Shown here piece by piece: positions 37,675 to 49,204 of a DNA stretch of 64,000 bases (the stretch's first letter is position 1; each line of letters begins with the position of its first letter). The notes under the pieces are model-generated. The model saw nothing but the letters and a program-made list of their open reading frames with translations, searched no databases and was not told where the DNA came from. A program made the position numbers and the translations under genes. Origin of the DNA: Squalus acanthias (lineage: Eukaryota); NCBI GenBank assembly GCA_030390025.1, contig JASTWF010000327.1, forward strand, positions 62,001 through 126,000, in the 5' to 3' direction.

Positions 37675-38930
37675 AACACAGGAGTTCCTCAGGGCAGTGT
37701 CCTATTCCCAGCCATCTTCAGCTGCTTTATCAATGGCCTTCCCACCACAAAAGGGTCAGAAGTGGGGAAGTTCGCTGATGATTGCACATTTTTCAGTTCC
37801 ATTTGCAGCTCCACAGATAATGAAGCAGTTCGTGCCTGCCTGCCGCAAGACCTGGACGACGTTCAGGTTTGGGCTGATAAGTGGCAAGAAATATTTGCGC
37901 TACACAAGTGCCAGACAATGACCATCTCCAACAAGAGAGTCTAACCACCACCCCTTGACATTCAATGGCATTACCATCACCGAAACCCCCATCATCAACA
38001 TCTTTGAAACTTATAAAATTCTGACAGGACAGGACAAACTAGATGCAGGAAGGATGTTCCCGACGGTCGGGGAGTCCAGAACCAGGGGTCACAGTCTAAG
38101 CATAAGGGGTAAGCCATTTAGGACAGAAATGAGGAGGAAGTTCTTCACCCAGAGAGTGGTGAACCTGTGGAATTCTCTGCCACAGAAGGCAGTAGAGGCC
38201 AATTCATTAAATAGATTCAAGAAGGAGTTGGATATATTTCTTAAGGCTAAAGGGATCAAGGGATATGGGGAGAAAGCAGGGACAGGGTACTGAATTTGGA
38301 TGATCAGCCATGATCGCATTGAATGGCGGAGCAGGCTAGAGGGGCCGAATGGCCTACTCCTGCTCCTATCTTCTATCTATGATTCTATGGAGGTCACCAT
38401 TGACCGGAAACTTAACTGGACCAGCTACATAAATACTGTGGCTACAAGAGCAGGTCAGAGGCTGGGTATTCTGTGGCGAGGGTCTCACCTCCTGACTCCC
38501 CAAAGCCTTTCTAGGCACAAGTCAGAAGTGTGATGGAATTATCTCCACTTGCCTGGATGAGTGCAGCTCCAACAACATACAAGAGGCTTGACACCATCCA
38601 GGACAAAGCAGCCCGTTTGATTGGCACCCCATCCACCACCTTAAACATTCACTCCCTACACCATCGGCGTACCGTGGCTGCAGTGTATACCATCTACCAG
38701 ATGCACTGCAGCACCTCCCAAACCCGCGACCTCTTCCACCTAGAAGGACAAAGGCAGTAGGCACATGGGAACACCACCAGCTGCAAGCTCCCCTCCAAGT
38801 CACACACCATCCTGACTTGGAAATAGACCGCCATTCCTTCATAGTTGCTGGGTCAAAATCCTAGGGATGGGCAATAAACGCTGGCCTTTCGAGCGAAGCC
38901 CACATCCCGTGAACGAACAATAAAAAAAAA
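37675..38930 (+). mobile_element. CR1-group LINE 3' fragment with a nested CR1 3' end (38005-38385)
   Basis: GVPQG and FADD remnants. The nested piece matches 17511-17890. Confidence 0.8.
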
Positions 38931-39199
38931 CAACCCCTCCCCTTCCCACAACACCTTTCCATGCAAGCACAGCAGATCCAACACATTGGTTGTAAAGCGC
39001 TTGGGCACCTCCGGTGCTCTTGAAAGGCGTTATATAAATGCAAGTCTTTCTTCTTTTCTCTCTCCATAGACGCTGCCTGACCTGCTGAGTATTTCCAGCA
39101 TTTTCTGCTTTTATTTCAGATTTCCAGCATGCGCTGTATTTTGCTTTTGTGTTGAGATGTTGAAACACCCGCTGTGTGCAGAGTGAGAATAAAATCAAT

Positions 39200-39660
39200 G
39201 AGTCAATGATTTTCTCCCCTGGTCACTGGGACCCTGAAGCCCCGCCCACTCATTGTTCCTTTACAAAGATGGCCGCTCATAAGCTCCGCTGCACTATGAA
39301 TCAAAATGGCGGCGCACTAAACCTTCCAGCTTTCCTTTGCAAACATGGCGGCAATTAACTGGGGCCTGTTACCGGGGAAAAAGCCCCGGATCTGCAAACG
39401 CGGAACCTGCAGGTTCTTATTCGGGGCTTGCGGCCTACACCAGGTGCTTATGAAGCCCACCTGCCAGACCCATTACTCTCCTGCGACCATCGCCTCTCAC
39501 CTGCTGCAAAACTGTGTCTGCGACCTCTGCCCACTTCCAGCTCTCGCCCAAGTCTGATCGAAGTCACACTGCGCATGCTCCTTATAACGTCCCGCACCGC
39601 GCCTGCGCACTGGTCTCCTGTAGCGTGAATAGGGCACAATCTCCCCGCGGGGCATGCTGG
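39200..39660 (-). promoter_or_regulatory. Paralog of promoter P1
   Basis: Colinear with 7600-8530; has AAAATGGCGG (YY1-like) and TGCGCATG motifs. Confidence 0.5.
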
Positions 39661-39809
39661 GTAACATTGGAACCCCCAATCAGTGAATGGAATATGATTT
39701 TCTGTGAACCGATTGAGATAAAATTAATAAATAATTCAGACAGAAACCCAAGTGCACGGGCACTCTGCCATCGTTCAGTCTTGGATAACAGCAGAATTCA
39801 CCCCCTGCA

Positions 39810-40520
39810 GTCACATGTGAACTCACTGGTGTCTCAGCAGGTGGGGTGAATTTCTTCGCACACACAGGATATTGAAACAGCCTCTCTCCAGTATGAATGC
39901 GCTGATCGTGCATCAGCTGCTTTCAACTTTGAAAGCTTTACTCACAGTAAGTGTATTTAAAGTAACAGTTCTCAATGTGGACAATCGGGAGTGTCAACAG
40001 TTGGGACAATGGAATGAATCACTTCCCACACGTGAAGTATCTAAAACGGCCTCTCTCCGGTGTGACTGTGCTGGTGTGTCAGTAAATGGGATGATCAGTT
40101 GAATCCCTTTCCACATACAGAGCAGTGAATGGATTCTCCACATTACAAACATGCTAGTGTGGTAGTAGGTGAGATGAGCAAGTGAATCTCTTTCCACACT
40201 CAGCTGGTGAACGGCCTCTCCCCAGTGTGACTATCCATGAGTTTCCACCTCAGATGAGCAACCGAATGCGTTCCCGCAGTCCCCACATTTACATTGTTGA
40301 TGCAGGTGGGCGCACGAGCCTCACGGGCTGGACGATTGGTTGAAGCTGCGTTCACACACAGAACACGTGTCCTGTTTCTCCCCGCTGTGATTGGTGTTTT
40401 TTCCTTCTATATCCAATGCCCGATGATATTCAGGTCCTGATGAATCTGATGAATCTGTCAGATCTTGCCGCGATGTTTGGTTTGAGTTTCCCATCTGCAG
40501 ATCCTCCCCTGCAAATGGTG
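39810..40520 (-). pseudogene. Degenerate ZNF cassette psi-B'
   Basis: Colinear with 8680-9790, without the Penelope insertion. Confidence 0.75.
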
Positions 40521-41479
40521 TTTACAACAGGATTGAAATTCAGAACAGAAAATCTAGTTTCTACAGAGCATTCTGTATCTTCCTGTCCCTCCTAAGCTGT
40601 AAATTCCCTATTCTCCACACTCTCCCTCCATCCTCACTGTCTGAAAACAACGTTCATTACACCATCAGGGATTTTGTTTTCCCCCTTCTCTCCAGAAGGT
40701 GCTGAATCTGGCTGGGTGCAATTCCATCGCCATTAAAAAACCTCCAGGGCCTCACCGTCACCTGACACAGTGAGTGTTAGCAGGGTTTCCACTGTGGTCG
40801 GCATCACAGCCGAGTCCAATCCTGCCCTCGATTGACATTCATACACTTCCCAGCTGGTGTCACTGGATCGCCACCAAGAGCAGGGGCACTGGCTGATTTT
40901 TACTTTTATTTAGCCCAGTGGAACTGAGGCCAATTATAGCCCCTGAACTGCTGCCTTGGCTAAGATCAACAAACAGCACAGATCAAGGGTTGAACTTGGG
41001 ACTTTCCCAGTCAGTAGTGCAGAGTGTTTTAAAGTTGGGGAGGGGGGAGCGGGGGAGGGTTAGAACAGAATATTTTGAAAGAAATATCACTCCACCTTTG
41101 GTACATTTCAAAATTCTAAAGTCTTTCAAAATTAAACAAGCAAGTTAAATGGATCTTCAAAAATAGTGAGGCATTTTATAAAGTCTCAAGTCACTAAAAT
41201 AGACAGGTTTACAATCACTGCACGAGTACAGAAGGGAGTGACTCTTAACAGGAGCTCTGTCAGTGAAGTGCTCCAACATGCCAAGATAAACAAGACTGTC
41301 CCTTTAACTATAAATATGCAAAGAAAAGGGGTCACTGTTCCTTTAAATATATGCCCCATTCCCCCAGACAGTGGGAGGAGGAACAGCGTGCGGTTTCTTT
41401 ATAACCTGACCCAGCAGGCCTCACGCGGGAACCCTCTCTATGTGGGGGCGTGGTCTCAGGAACCAGCTCTGTGGGGACA

Positions 41480-41920
41480 GCTTACACTGAGGCACCAAAT
41501 CCAGGGACCACTAACATTGTGACCCCAAATCCAGGGACCACTTACATTGTGACCCCAAATCCAGGGACCACTTACATTGTGACTCCAAATCCAGGGACCA
41601 CTTTCATTGTGACCCCAAATCCAGGTACCACTTACATTGTGACCCCAAATCCAGGGACCACTTATATTGTGACCCCAAATCCATGGACCACTTACATTGT
41701 GACCCCAAATCCATGGACCACTTACATTGTGACTCCAAATCCATGGACCACTTACATTGTGACTCCAAATCCATGGACCACTTACATCGTGACCCCAAAT
41801 CCAGGGACCACTTACATTGTGACTCCAAATCCAGGGACCACTTACGTTGTGACTCCAAATCCATGGACCACTTACATTGTGACTCCAAATCCAGGGACCA
41901 CTTACATTGTGACACCAAAT
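41480..41920 (+). repeat. 30-bp minisatellite (about 14 copies)
   Basis: Unit ccagggaccacttacattgtgaccccaaat. Confidence 0.95.
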
Positions 41921-42839
41921 GAAAAAGGCCGTGTCCAGTGACAATGGCATCGCCAATAGTTTGTAAGATGTGACTTTCTTTTTTAGTTATCCTGGTGTCT
42001 AACACACACACATCAATAAAACAGGGAATTCCTGGAAACACGCTGCAGGTCCTTCTTTATCTGGAGATCAAATGTCTGTTGTTAACAGCAGTTAACAGGC
42101 TCCTGTGAACTCCTCCCTCTACTATTTTAATGTAGACTTTAACCAATTTATTTTAAACGGGTTTATTTTAAATGAGTTAACGCCTGCCTTAAAATGGTAG
42201 ATTCAGGAATGTCACACAAACACGTTAAATCTACATAGAATAATTACCAGCCATTTTTAGACTGGAAACTTAAACCTGCCGTTTCACTTTCAGTCAGGAA
42301 CAGATCGCAGTTTGACACCAATCTCTGATTTGACAGCACGTTTCCAGCATTCACCGTTGTTCTTCCCGACTCTAAACACGGTTGTAAAGGAGCCTTCTGT
42401 TCCGTGCCCAGGAGCTCTGAACCATGGGAGAGAGCGGCTGGGACACATTTCTTACAGGCCTCGAGATTAACCCACACAGGGACTTTGCTGTCAGTGAAGA
42501 GAGACGAGAAAGACCAAAGTGCCGTTTTCCCCTCTCAGTGTGGCCCTGAAGGACTGTGTCCAGGCTGAAGTTCTGTTCCCGCCGTACAATCCTCCCCCAG
42601 ATTGTCCTTTCTGAGCTCCAGCCAGGTGATGCTAAACACTCATGTGGGAAAGACAAAAATCTACAACAATGTGTTTTTAAAAAGCTGATTTATTTGACAT
42701 ATATCCAGAATAATAAACTCCAACCCAGTTACAGGAGTTATTAACATCAGCAGAAACAAACCCCAACTGTCAAAATGAACATGGTTCAGTCCTGGATGTG
42801 ATTAACAGCAGCAGTAACAGCCGAATCCAACCCCTGCAG

Positions 42840-43418
42840 TCACTTGTGAACTCGCTGGTGTGTCAGCAGGTGGGATGGACAGCTGAATCCCTTCCCACAC
42901 ACAGAGCAGTGAACGGCCTCTCCCCGGTGTGAACTCGCTGGTGTGTCAGCAGGTGCTGTTTGCTTTTAAAACTCTTCTCAGTCAGAATCTTTAAATGGTC
43001 TCTTGTCAGAGTGAACAAGTTGGTGTGTCAGCAGGTTGGATGAAGAAGTGAATCCCTTCCCACACACGGAGCAGGTGAATGGCCTTTCCCCAGTGTGAAT
43101 GCGTTGGTGTGTCAGCAGATCCTTTGTGCTTTTATAGCTCTTAGAACATTTATAAGATTTCTCCTCAGTGTGAACTCGCTGGTGCGTCAGGAGGTTTAAT
43201 AAAGTATTAATTCCCTTCCCGCATTCAATACAGGTGAATGACCTCCCTCCAGTGTGAATTCACTGGTGTGTCAGAAGTTTGGATGACCGAATGAATCGCT
43301 TCCCACATAATGAGCAGGTGAACGGTCTCTCCCCGCTGTGACTGCGTCGATGAGTTTCCAGCAGTGATGCACAATTGAATCCCTTCCCACAGTCCCACAT
43401 TTCCACGGTTTCTCCGTG
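42840..43418 (-). pseudogene. C2H2 ZNF cassette, about 7 fingers, multiple lesions (ZNF-C')
   Basis: ACG start, premature stop and indels. Shares fingers [18 protein letters not shown] and [10 protein letters not shown] with ZNF-C. Confidence 0.8.
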
Positions 43419-44137
43419 GTGCGGGTGTCCTTGTGTCTCTCCAGGTTGGACGATCAGTTGAAGCCTCGTCCACACACAGAACACGTGCACGATTTCTCCC
43501 CGCTGTGAATGGTGTGATGTTTTTTCAGGCTGTGTAACTGGTTAAAACATTTCTCATCCACATTCAAATGGCGATGATGTTCAGGTCCTGATGTATTGAG
43601 TGTCTGATCTCTGTCAGATCTTGACGTGATGTTTGCTTTGAGTTTTCCGTCTGCAAATCCTCCCCATCTAACACCCTGTGAAAGGAGTTTACAGAAGTCA
43701 TCACTTTAAGTACAGGATAGAAATTCAGAACAGACAATTCTAGTTTTTATGGAACATTCCTTTCTTTCTTGTTCTCCACTGAAGGTGCTGACTCTGGCTG
43801 GGTTCAGTTCTACACTCACTGGTTCTCCTCATTTTCCTTCCCTGAAGGTGCTGACTCTGGCTCTAACCATCTTTCCAATACACTGTCCTTCCTTATAAGC
43901 TTTTCTTCTGTAATATCTCACAATTTTGGTGAGGGGCACTCCTTGACCTGTCACAATTTCTCCTCCAATTACAGAGGCTCCCTGACCCGTCACCATTCCT
44001 ATTTCATTTACAGACGCTTCCTGACCCGTTTCCATTTCTCCTCCATTTACAGACGCTCCCTGACTTCCTGTCTGTCCCGGAGTTTGGCGCGGGGCCCCTT
44101 TGCTGAGCGAATCGGGAGAAACCGGGAAGCGGCGGGC

Positions 44138-45112
44138 GGATAATGTTGAGTGTTTTAATAATGGGGCCTGGGGCCGCACTCAGGGTGTGTGCAGCCCGCG
44201 TCCCCCCGGGGTTTATTAACCCGCTCCCTGAGCTCTCTGGACTCAACATAGAGTTCAACAATTTCAGATCATAACCTCGGCCCCTATCATATATATATTT
44301 TTTATCCACACTTTTTGTTTGTGCCTTTTGTTCTTCTCTCCCACATGGCAGCTGTCTTTCATTCTGCCAGCGCAATTCACACTTCATCTCGAGCCATCCT
44401 TTGTTTCTTAACCTGTCCCATTACCATTCCTTTTGCCTTGAATATCTCTTAATGTCTCTTTACTTCTCCTGCCTTCTATCCTATCACAGACCTTCCCTTT
44501 TGTTCTTTCATCCCCTCCCCCATTTCCCAGCCCCTAAACTTGCTTTAAAACTGTTCCATTTCCTGCTTTTTTCCAGTTCTGCCGAAAGGTCATCGACCTG
44601 AAACGTTAATTCTGTTTCTCTCTTCACAGATGCTGCCTGACCTGCTCAGTATTTTCTGTTTTTATCCCTGAGCTCTCTCACCTGATGTCAGAAGCTGCTG
44701 CCAAGGTCCGCGCATGCTCAGCTCACACTGCCCGGGTGATTGACAGGAGCTCCGGACCAATAGGAACAGTGGGGCGGGGCTGGAAGTCCGCGCGAGCTGC
44801 GGGTCCTCCAACCAATCGGAACAACAGAAGGTTGGCTGCTCAGCAGGTCCCGCCCCCTTGCTGCGCCGCCATTGATTGGATGACCCGCCACCGGCTCGGT
44901 CCTCCAGCCCCGCCCCGCTCTTCCTATTGGTCCGGAGCTCCCATCAATCACCCGGGCAGTGTGAGCTGAGCATGCGCGGACCTTGGCAGCAGCCGCTGAC
45001 ACATCAGGTGAGAGAGCTCAGGGAGCGGGTTAATAAACCCCGGGGGGACGCGGGCTGCACACACCCCGAGTGCGGCCCCAGGCCCCATTATTGAAACACT
45101 CCACATTATCCG
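44138..45112. promoter_or_regulatory. Palindromic bidirectional promoter P2'; left arm split by a Penelope fragment (44239-44665)
   Basis: Inverted arms 44666-44820 and 44870-45020, continuing into 44138-44238 and 45020-45112. TSD ccctgagctctct flanks the insert. Confidence 0.75.
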
Positions 45113-45462
45113 CTTCACAAACACCCGGGGTGGGCCTCAGGCCCCGAACAAGAGCCTCCGGGCCGGGCGTTTGCCCCGAGCGGGGCGGCAGCTGCGGGGC
45201 TTTCTCCCGGTGACAGGCCCGGGTTAACGGCCGCCATCTTGACAGGCTCAGGGCGCATGCGCGGCCCCCTTGGCCACGAACCAGGAGGAGAGAATCTTGG
45301 CAATTTCTATCCTGGCCTCACAGTCATGGCTTTTGTAAACTCCTTTTACAGGCTGTGAGAAGGGCAGCATTTACACACCGCAAACTCACACCAAACAACA
45401 ACTTACCTTTATATAGCACCTTTAAAACATCACAGTAGCGCAGTCAGACAATAATCGACACA

Positions 45463-45890
45463 CATTTCCGCCACCTCCAGCGTGATCCTACCACCAAACG
45501 CATCTTCCCCGCACCTCCCCTTTCAGCATTCCGTAGGGACCGCTCCCTCCGCGACATCTTAGTCCACTCCTCTACCACCCCTTCCCCTTCGCCCGGCACC
45601 TTCCCGTGCAAGCGCAGGAGATGCAACACCTGCCCTTTTACCTCCCCCCTTCCCACTGTCCAGGGCCCCAAACACCCCTTCCAAGTGAAACAGCGATTTA
45701 CTTGTACTTCTTGCAATTTATTATACTGTATTCGCTGCTCACGATGTGGTCTCCTCTACTTTGGGGAGACCAAACGCAGATTGGGTGACCGCTTTGTGGA
45801 ACACCTCCGTTCAGTCCGTAAGGGGGACCCCGAGCTTCCAGTTGCCTGTCACTTTAATTCACCGCTCCACTCCCACTCAGACCTCACCGT
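45463..45890 (+). mobile_element. Penelope GIY-YIG fragment in intron
   Basis: LLYCIRCSRCGLLYFGETKRRLGDRF. Absent from the paralogous intron near 13590. Confidence 0.85.
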
Positions 45891-46908
45891 CCAGTGCACT
45901 TACACAAAGTTCCTTCATAACTGTAACAATTTTATTGCGGTTGCTGTGAAGGCTGCGCTCACTCTGCTCGTACACCTAGTCTCCAAAGGAGGCTAAACAG
46001 GACTAATGCTGCCGAGCTCAGCTCTTTTTGATCAGAAAATATCAACTATTTCGCCTCGCCAGGAAATGCACAAAAAAAGGCAGCAGTGCTCATAGACTGA
46101 CCGGGAAAGTACTATTTAGATTAAACTCCTTCACCCAGAGAGTGCTGAGAATGTGGAACTTGCTGCCACAGGGAGTAGTTGAGGCAAATAGAAAGAAATA
46201 CTTGCATTTATATAGCGCCTTTCACGACCACCGGACTTCTCAAAGCGCTTTACAGCCGATGAAGTACTATTTGAAGTGGATTCAGAGTCGTAATGTGGGA
46301 AACGCGGCAGCCAATTTGCGCACAGCAAGGTCCCACAAACAGGAATGTTTGTGAATAGCATAATGCATTCAAGAGGAAGCTGGATAAACTCATGGGAGAA
46401 AGGAATAGAAGGAGATGCTGATAGGGTGAGATGAAGAGAGATGGGAGGAGGCTCGTGTGAAGCATGAACACCGCATGGACCAGTTGGGCCGATTGGCCTG
46501 TTTCTGTGCTGTACAATCTATGTAATTCTATGTAATAAGAGAGGAAAGAATGTTCCATAGAAACTGGAATTATCTATTCTGCATTTTTATCCTGAACTTA
46601 CAGTGATGTCTTTTGTAAACTGCTTTTACAGGGAATATCATCGGCCTTTGAATGTGGAAGGAGAAATGTTTGTCTGTTCTGTCTGTGGGAAAAGATTTCA
46701 AACATCAGTGTGACTGGAAAAGCACCGAGACACACACACCCGAGTGAGAGTGTTCCAGTGCACTGACTGTGGAAAGAGCTTTAACCAGTTACACAGCCTG
46801 AAAATACATCGCACCATTCACAGCGGGGAGAAACCGTACACGTGTTCTGTGTGTGGACGAGGCTTCAACTGATCGTCCAACCTGGAGAGACACAAGGACA
46901 CCCGCACC

Positions 46909-47751
46909 ATGGAGAAACCATGGGAATGTGGGGACTGTGGGAAGGGATTCAGCTCCCCGTCCCGGCTGGAAACTCATCGACGCATTCACACCGGGGAGAG
47001 GCCGTTCGTCTGCTCCGAGTGTGGGAAGGGATTCAGTCAGTCATCCCACCTTCTGAGACACCAGCGAGTTCACACTGGGGAGAGACCGTTCAGTTGCTCT
47101 CACTGCAGGAAGAGATTCGGGCGGTTATCGAACCTCACTGACCACCAGCGAGTTCACACTGGAGAGAGGCCATTCAGTTGCTCTCAATGCGGGAAGAGGT
47201 TCAGGCAGTTATCGAACCTCACGGAACACATGCGAGTTCACACTGGAGAGAGGCCATTCACCTGCACTGAGTGTGGGAAGGTTTTTGCTCGATTAGCCAA
47301 CCTCACTAAACACCAACTTGTTCACACTGAAAAGAGACCTTTCAAATGTTCTGAGTGTGGGAAGAACTTTAAAAGCACAAGAGATCTGCTGACACACCAA
47401 CACACTCACACTGGGGAGAGGCCGTTCACCTGCTCCATGTGTGGGAAGGGATTTGCTAATTCATCCCACCTGCTGACACACCAGCGCGTTCACACTGGGG
47501 AGAGGCCGTTCACCTGCTCCATTTGTGGGAAGGGATTCATTCAGTCATCCCACCTGCTGAGACACCAGCGAGTTCACACCGGAGAGAGGCCGTTAACCTG
47601 CTCCGTGTGTGGGAAGGGATTCACTGATTCATCCCACCTGCTAAATCATCAGCGAGTTCACACTGGGGAGAGACTGTTCACCTGCTCCGTATGTGGGAAG
47701 AGATTCACTCGGTCATCCCACCTGCTGAAACACCAGCGAGTTCACAAATGA
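46909..47751 (+). CDS. C2H2 zinc-finger protein, 10 fingers, no effector domain (ZNF-D')
   Basis: Intact 280-aa ORF (10 x 28) with all Cys/His ligands present and a Kozak accATGG start. Confidence 0.88.
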   Translation: MEKPWECGDCGKGFSSPSRLETHRRIHTGERPFVCSECGKGFSQSSHLLRHQRVHTGERPFSCSHCRKRFGRLSNLTDHQRVHTGERPFSCSQCGKRFRQLSNLTEHMRVHTGERPFTCTECGKVFARLANLTKHQLVHTEKRPFKCSECGKNFKSTRDLLTHQHTHTGERPFTCSMCGKGFANSSHLLTHQRVHTGERPFTCSICGKGFIQSSHLLRHQRVHTGERPLTCSVCGKGFTDSSHLLNHQRVHTGERLFTCSVCGKRFTRSSHLLKHQRVHK

Positions 47752-48509
47752 CTGCAGTGGTTGGATTCTGCTGTTATTGCTGCTGTTAATTACATCCAGG
47801 ACTGAACCATGTTCATTCTGACAATTGAGGTTTGTTCCTATAACTGGGCTGGAGTTTAATATTTTGATATCTGTCAAATAAATCAGCTTTGTATCAAACA
47901 CACTGTGTGTGGAGTCCTTGATTTCTCCAAGATAAGAGGAGACTAATTGATGTCCTGTTACCGACTGCTCCATTTTTGGGCCTTTTCACCTTTCTAACTC
48001 TGGATTATTTCATTTCTCATACCTTCGGTTACTCTCATGGACAAGACCCAGCTCCCCATACCTTCCAGAGTGCCTCTCCTAGCCTTGGTATCCAGGGAAG
48101 GTATCGGTAACACGCCCGGGATCACTAAACACAAAACCCAGTCTGTTAATCACTTTCAGCTACTGGACTTTGCGTGTGACCCACAGCATCTCTCTCACCT
48201 TCGATGTGTGAATAGAGCATCACGCCTGCAAACCTGGTTTAGATTTTAATTCCCTCAGGAAATGTATTTAGCAGAAGATGAACAAGTAAACAGATCATGG
48301 CCCAATAAGCCAGCTCTATAGTCACAGGAGAAAATCTGTTTTCTAACTCCTTGAGTGGACAGAATAAAGATAGATCGCAAATGTAAGAGCCCTTCGTATC
48401 TGTTGTAATTAAATTTCAAATCCTGACCGATTCTGTGCTTATTATAGATTTCCCCATCCCTGTGGGAGTCGAATTTGGTCAAAAACTGCTTCTTGGAAAT
48501 TTCTTTCAA

Positions 48510-49200
48510 ATGTAACCCTGCTATTCAAGAAAGGAGGGAGAGAAAAAACAGGGAACTATAGGTCAGTTAGCCTGACATCAATAGAAGCGAAAATGCTAGA
48601 ATCTATTATTAAGGACATGGTAACAGGGCACTTGGGAAATCACAATATGATTAGACAGAGTCAACACGGATTTATGAAAGGAAAATCGTGTTTGAAAAAT
48701 CTATTCGAGTTTTTTGAGGGTGTAACTAACAGGGTAGATAAGGGGGAACCAGTGGATGTAGTATATTTGGATTTTCAGAAGGCATTTGATAAGGTGCCAC
48801 ACAATAGGTTGTTACACAAGGTTAGGGCTCATGGGTTTGGGGGTAATACCTGAGCATGAATTGAGGATTCGTTAACGGACAGAAAACAGAGAGTAGGGAT
48901 AAACGGGTCATTTTCAGGGTGGCAGGGTGTAACTAGTGTGGTACCACTAGGATCAGTGCTTGGCCCTCAGCTACTTCAATGAGTTAGATGAGGGATCCGA
49001 GTGTAATAGGTGGGAAAGTAAGCTGTGAGGAGGACGTAAATAGGCTGCAAAGAAATATAGACCGGTTCAGTGAGTGGGCAAGAAGGTGGCAGATGGAGTA
49101 TAATGTGGAGAAATGTGAAGTTATCCACTTTGGTAGGAAGAATGGAAAAGCAGAATATTTTTTAAAAGGTGAGAGACTAGTAAAGGCTGGGATTCAGAGG
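48510..49200 (+). mobile_element. CR1 RT fragment
   Basis: QHGFMKGKSC and YLDFQKAFDKVPH. Confidence 0.85.
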
Positions 49201-49204
49201 ATTT

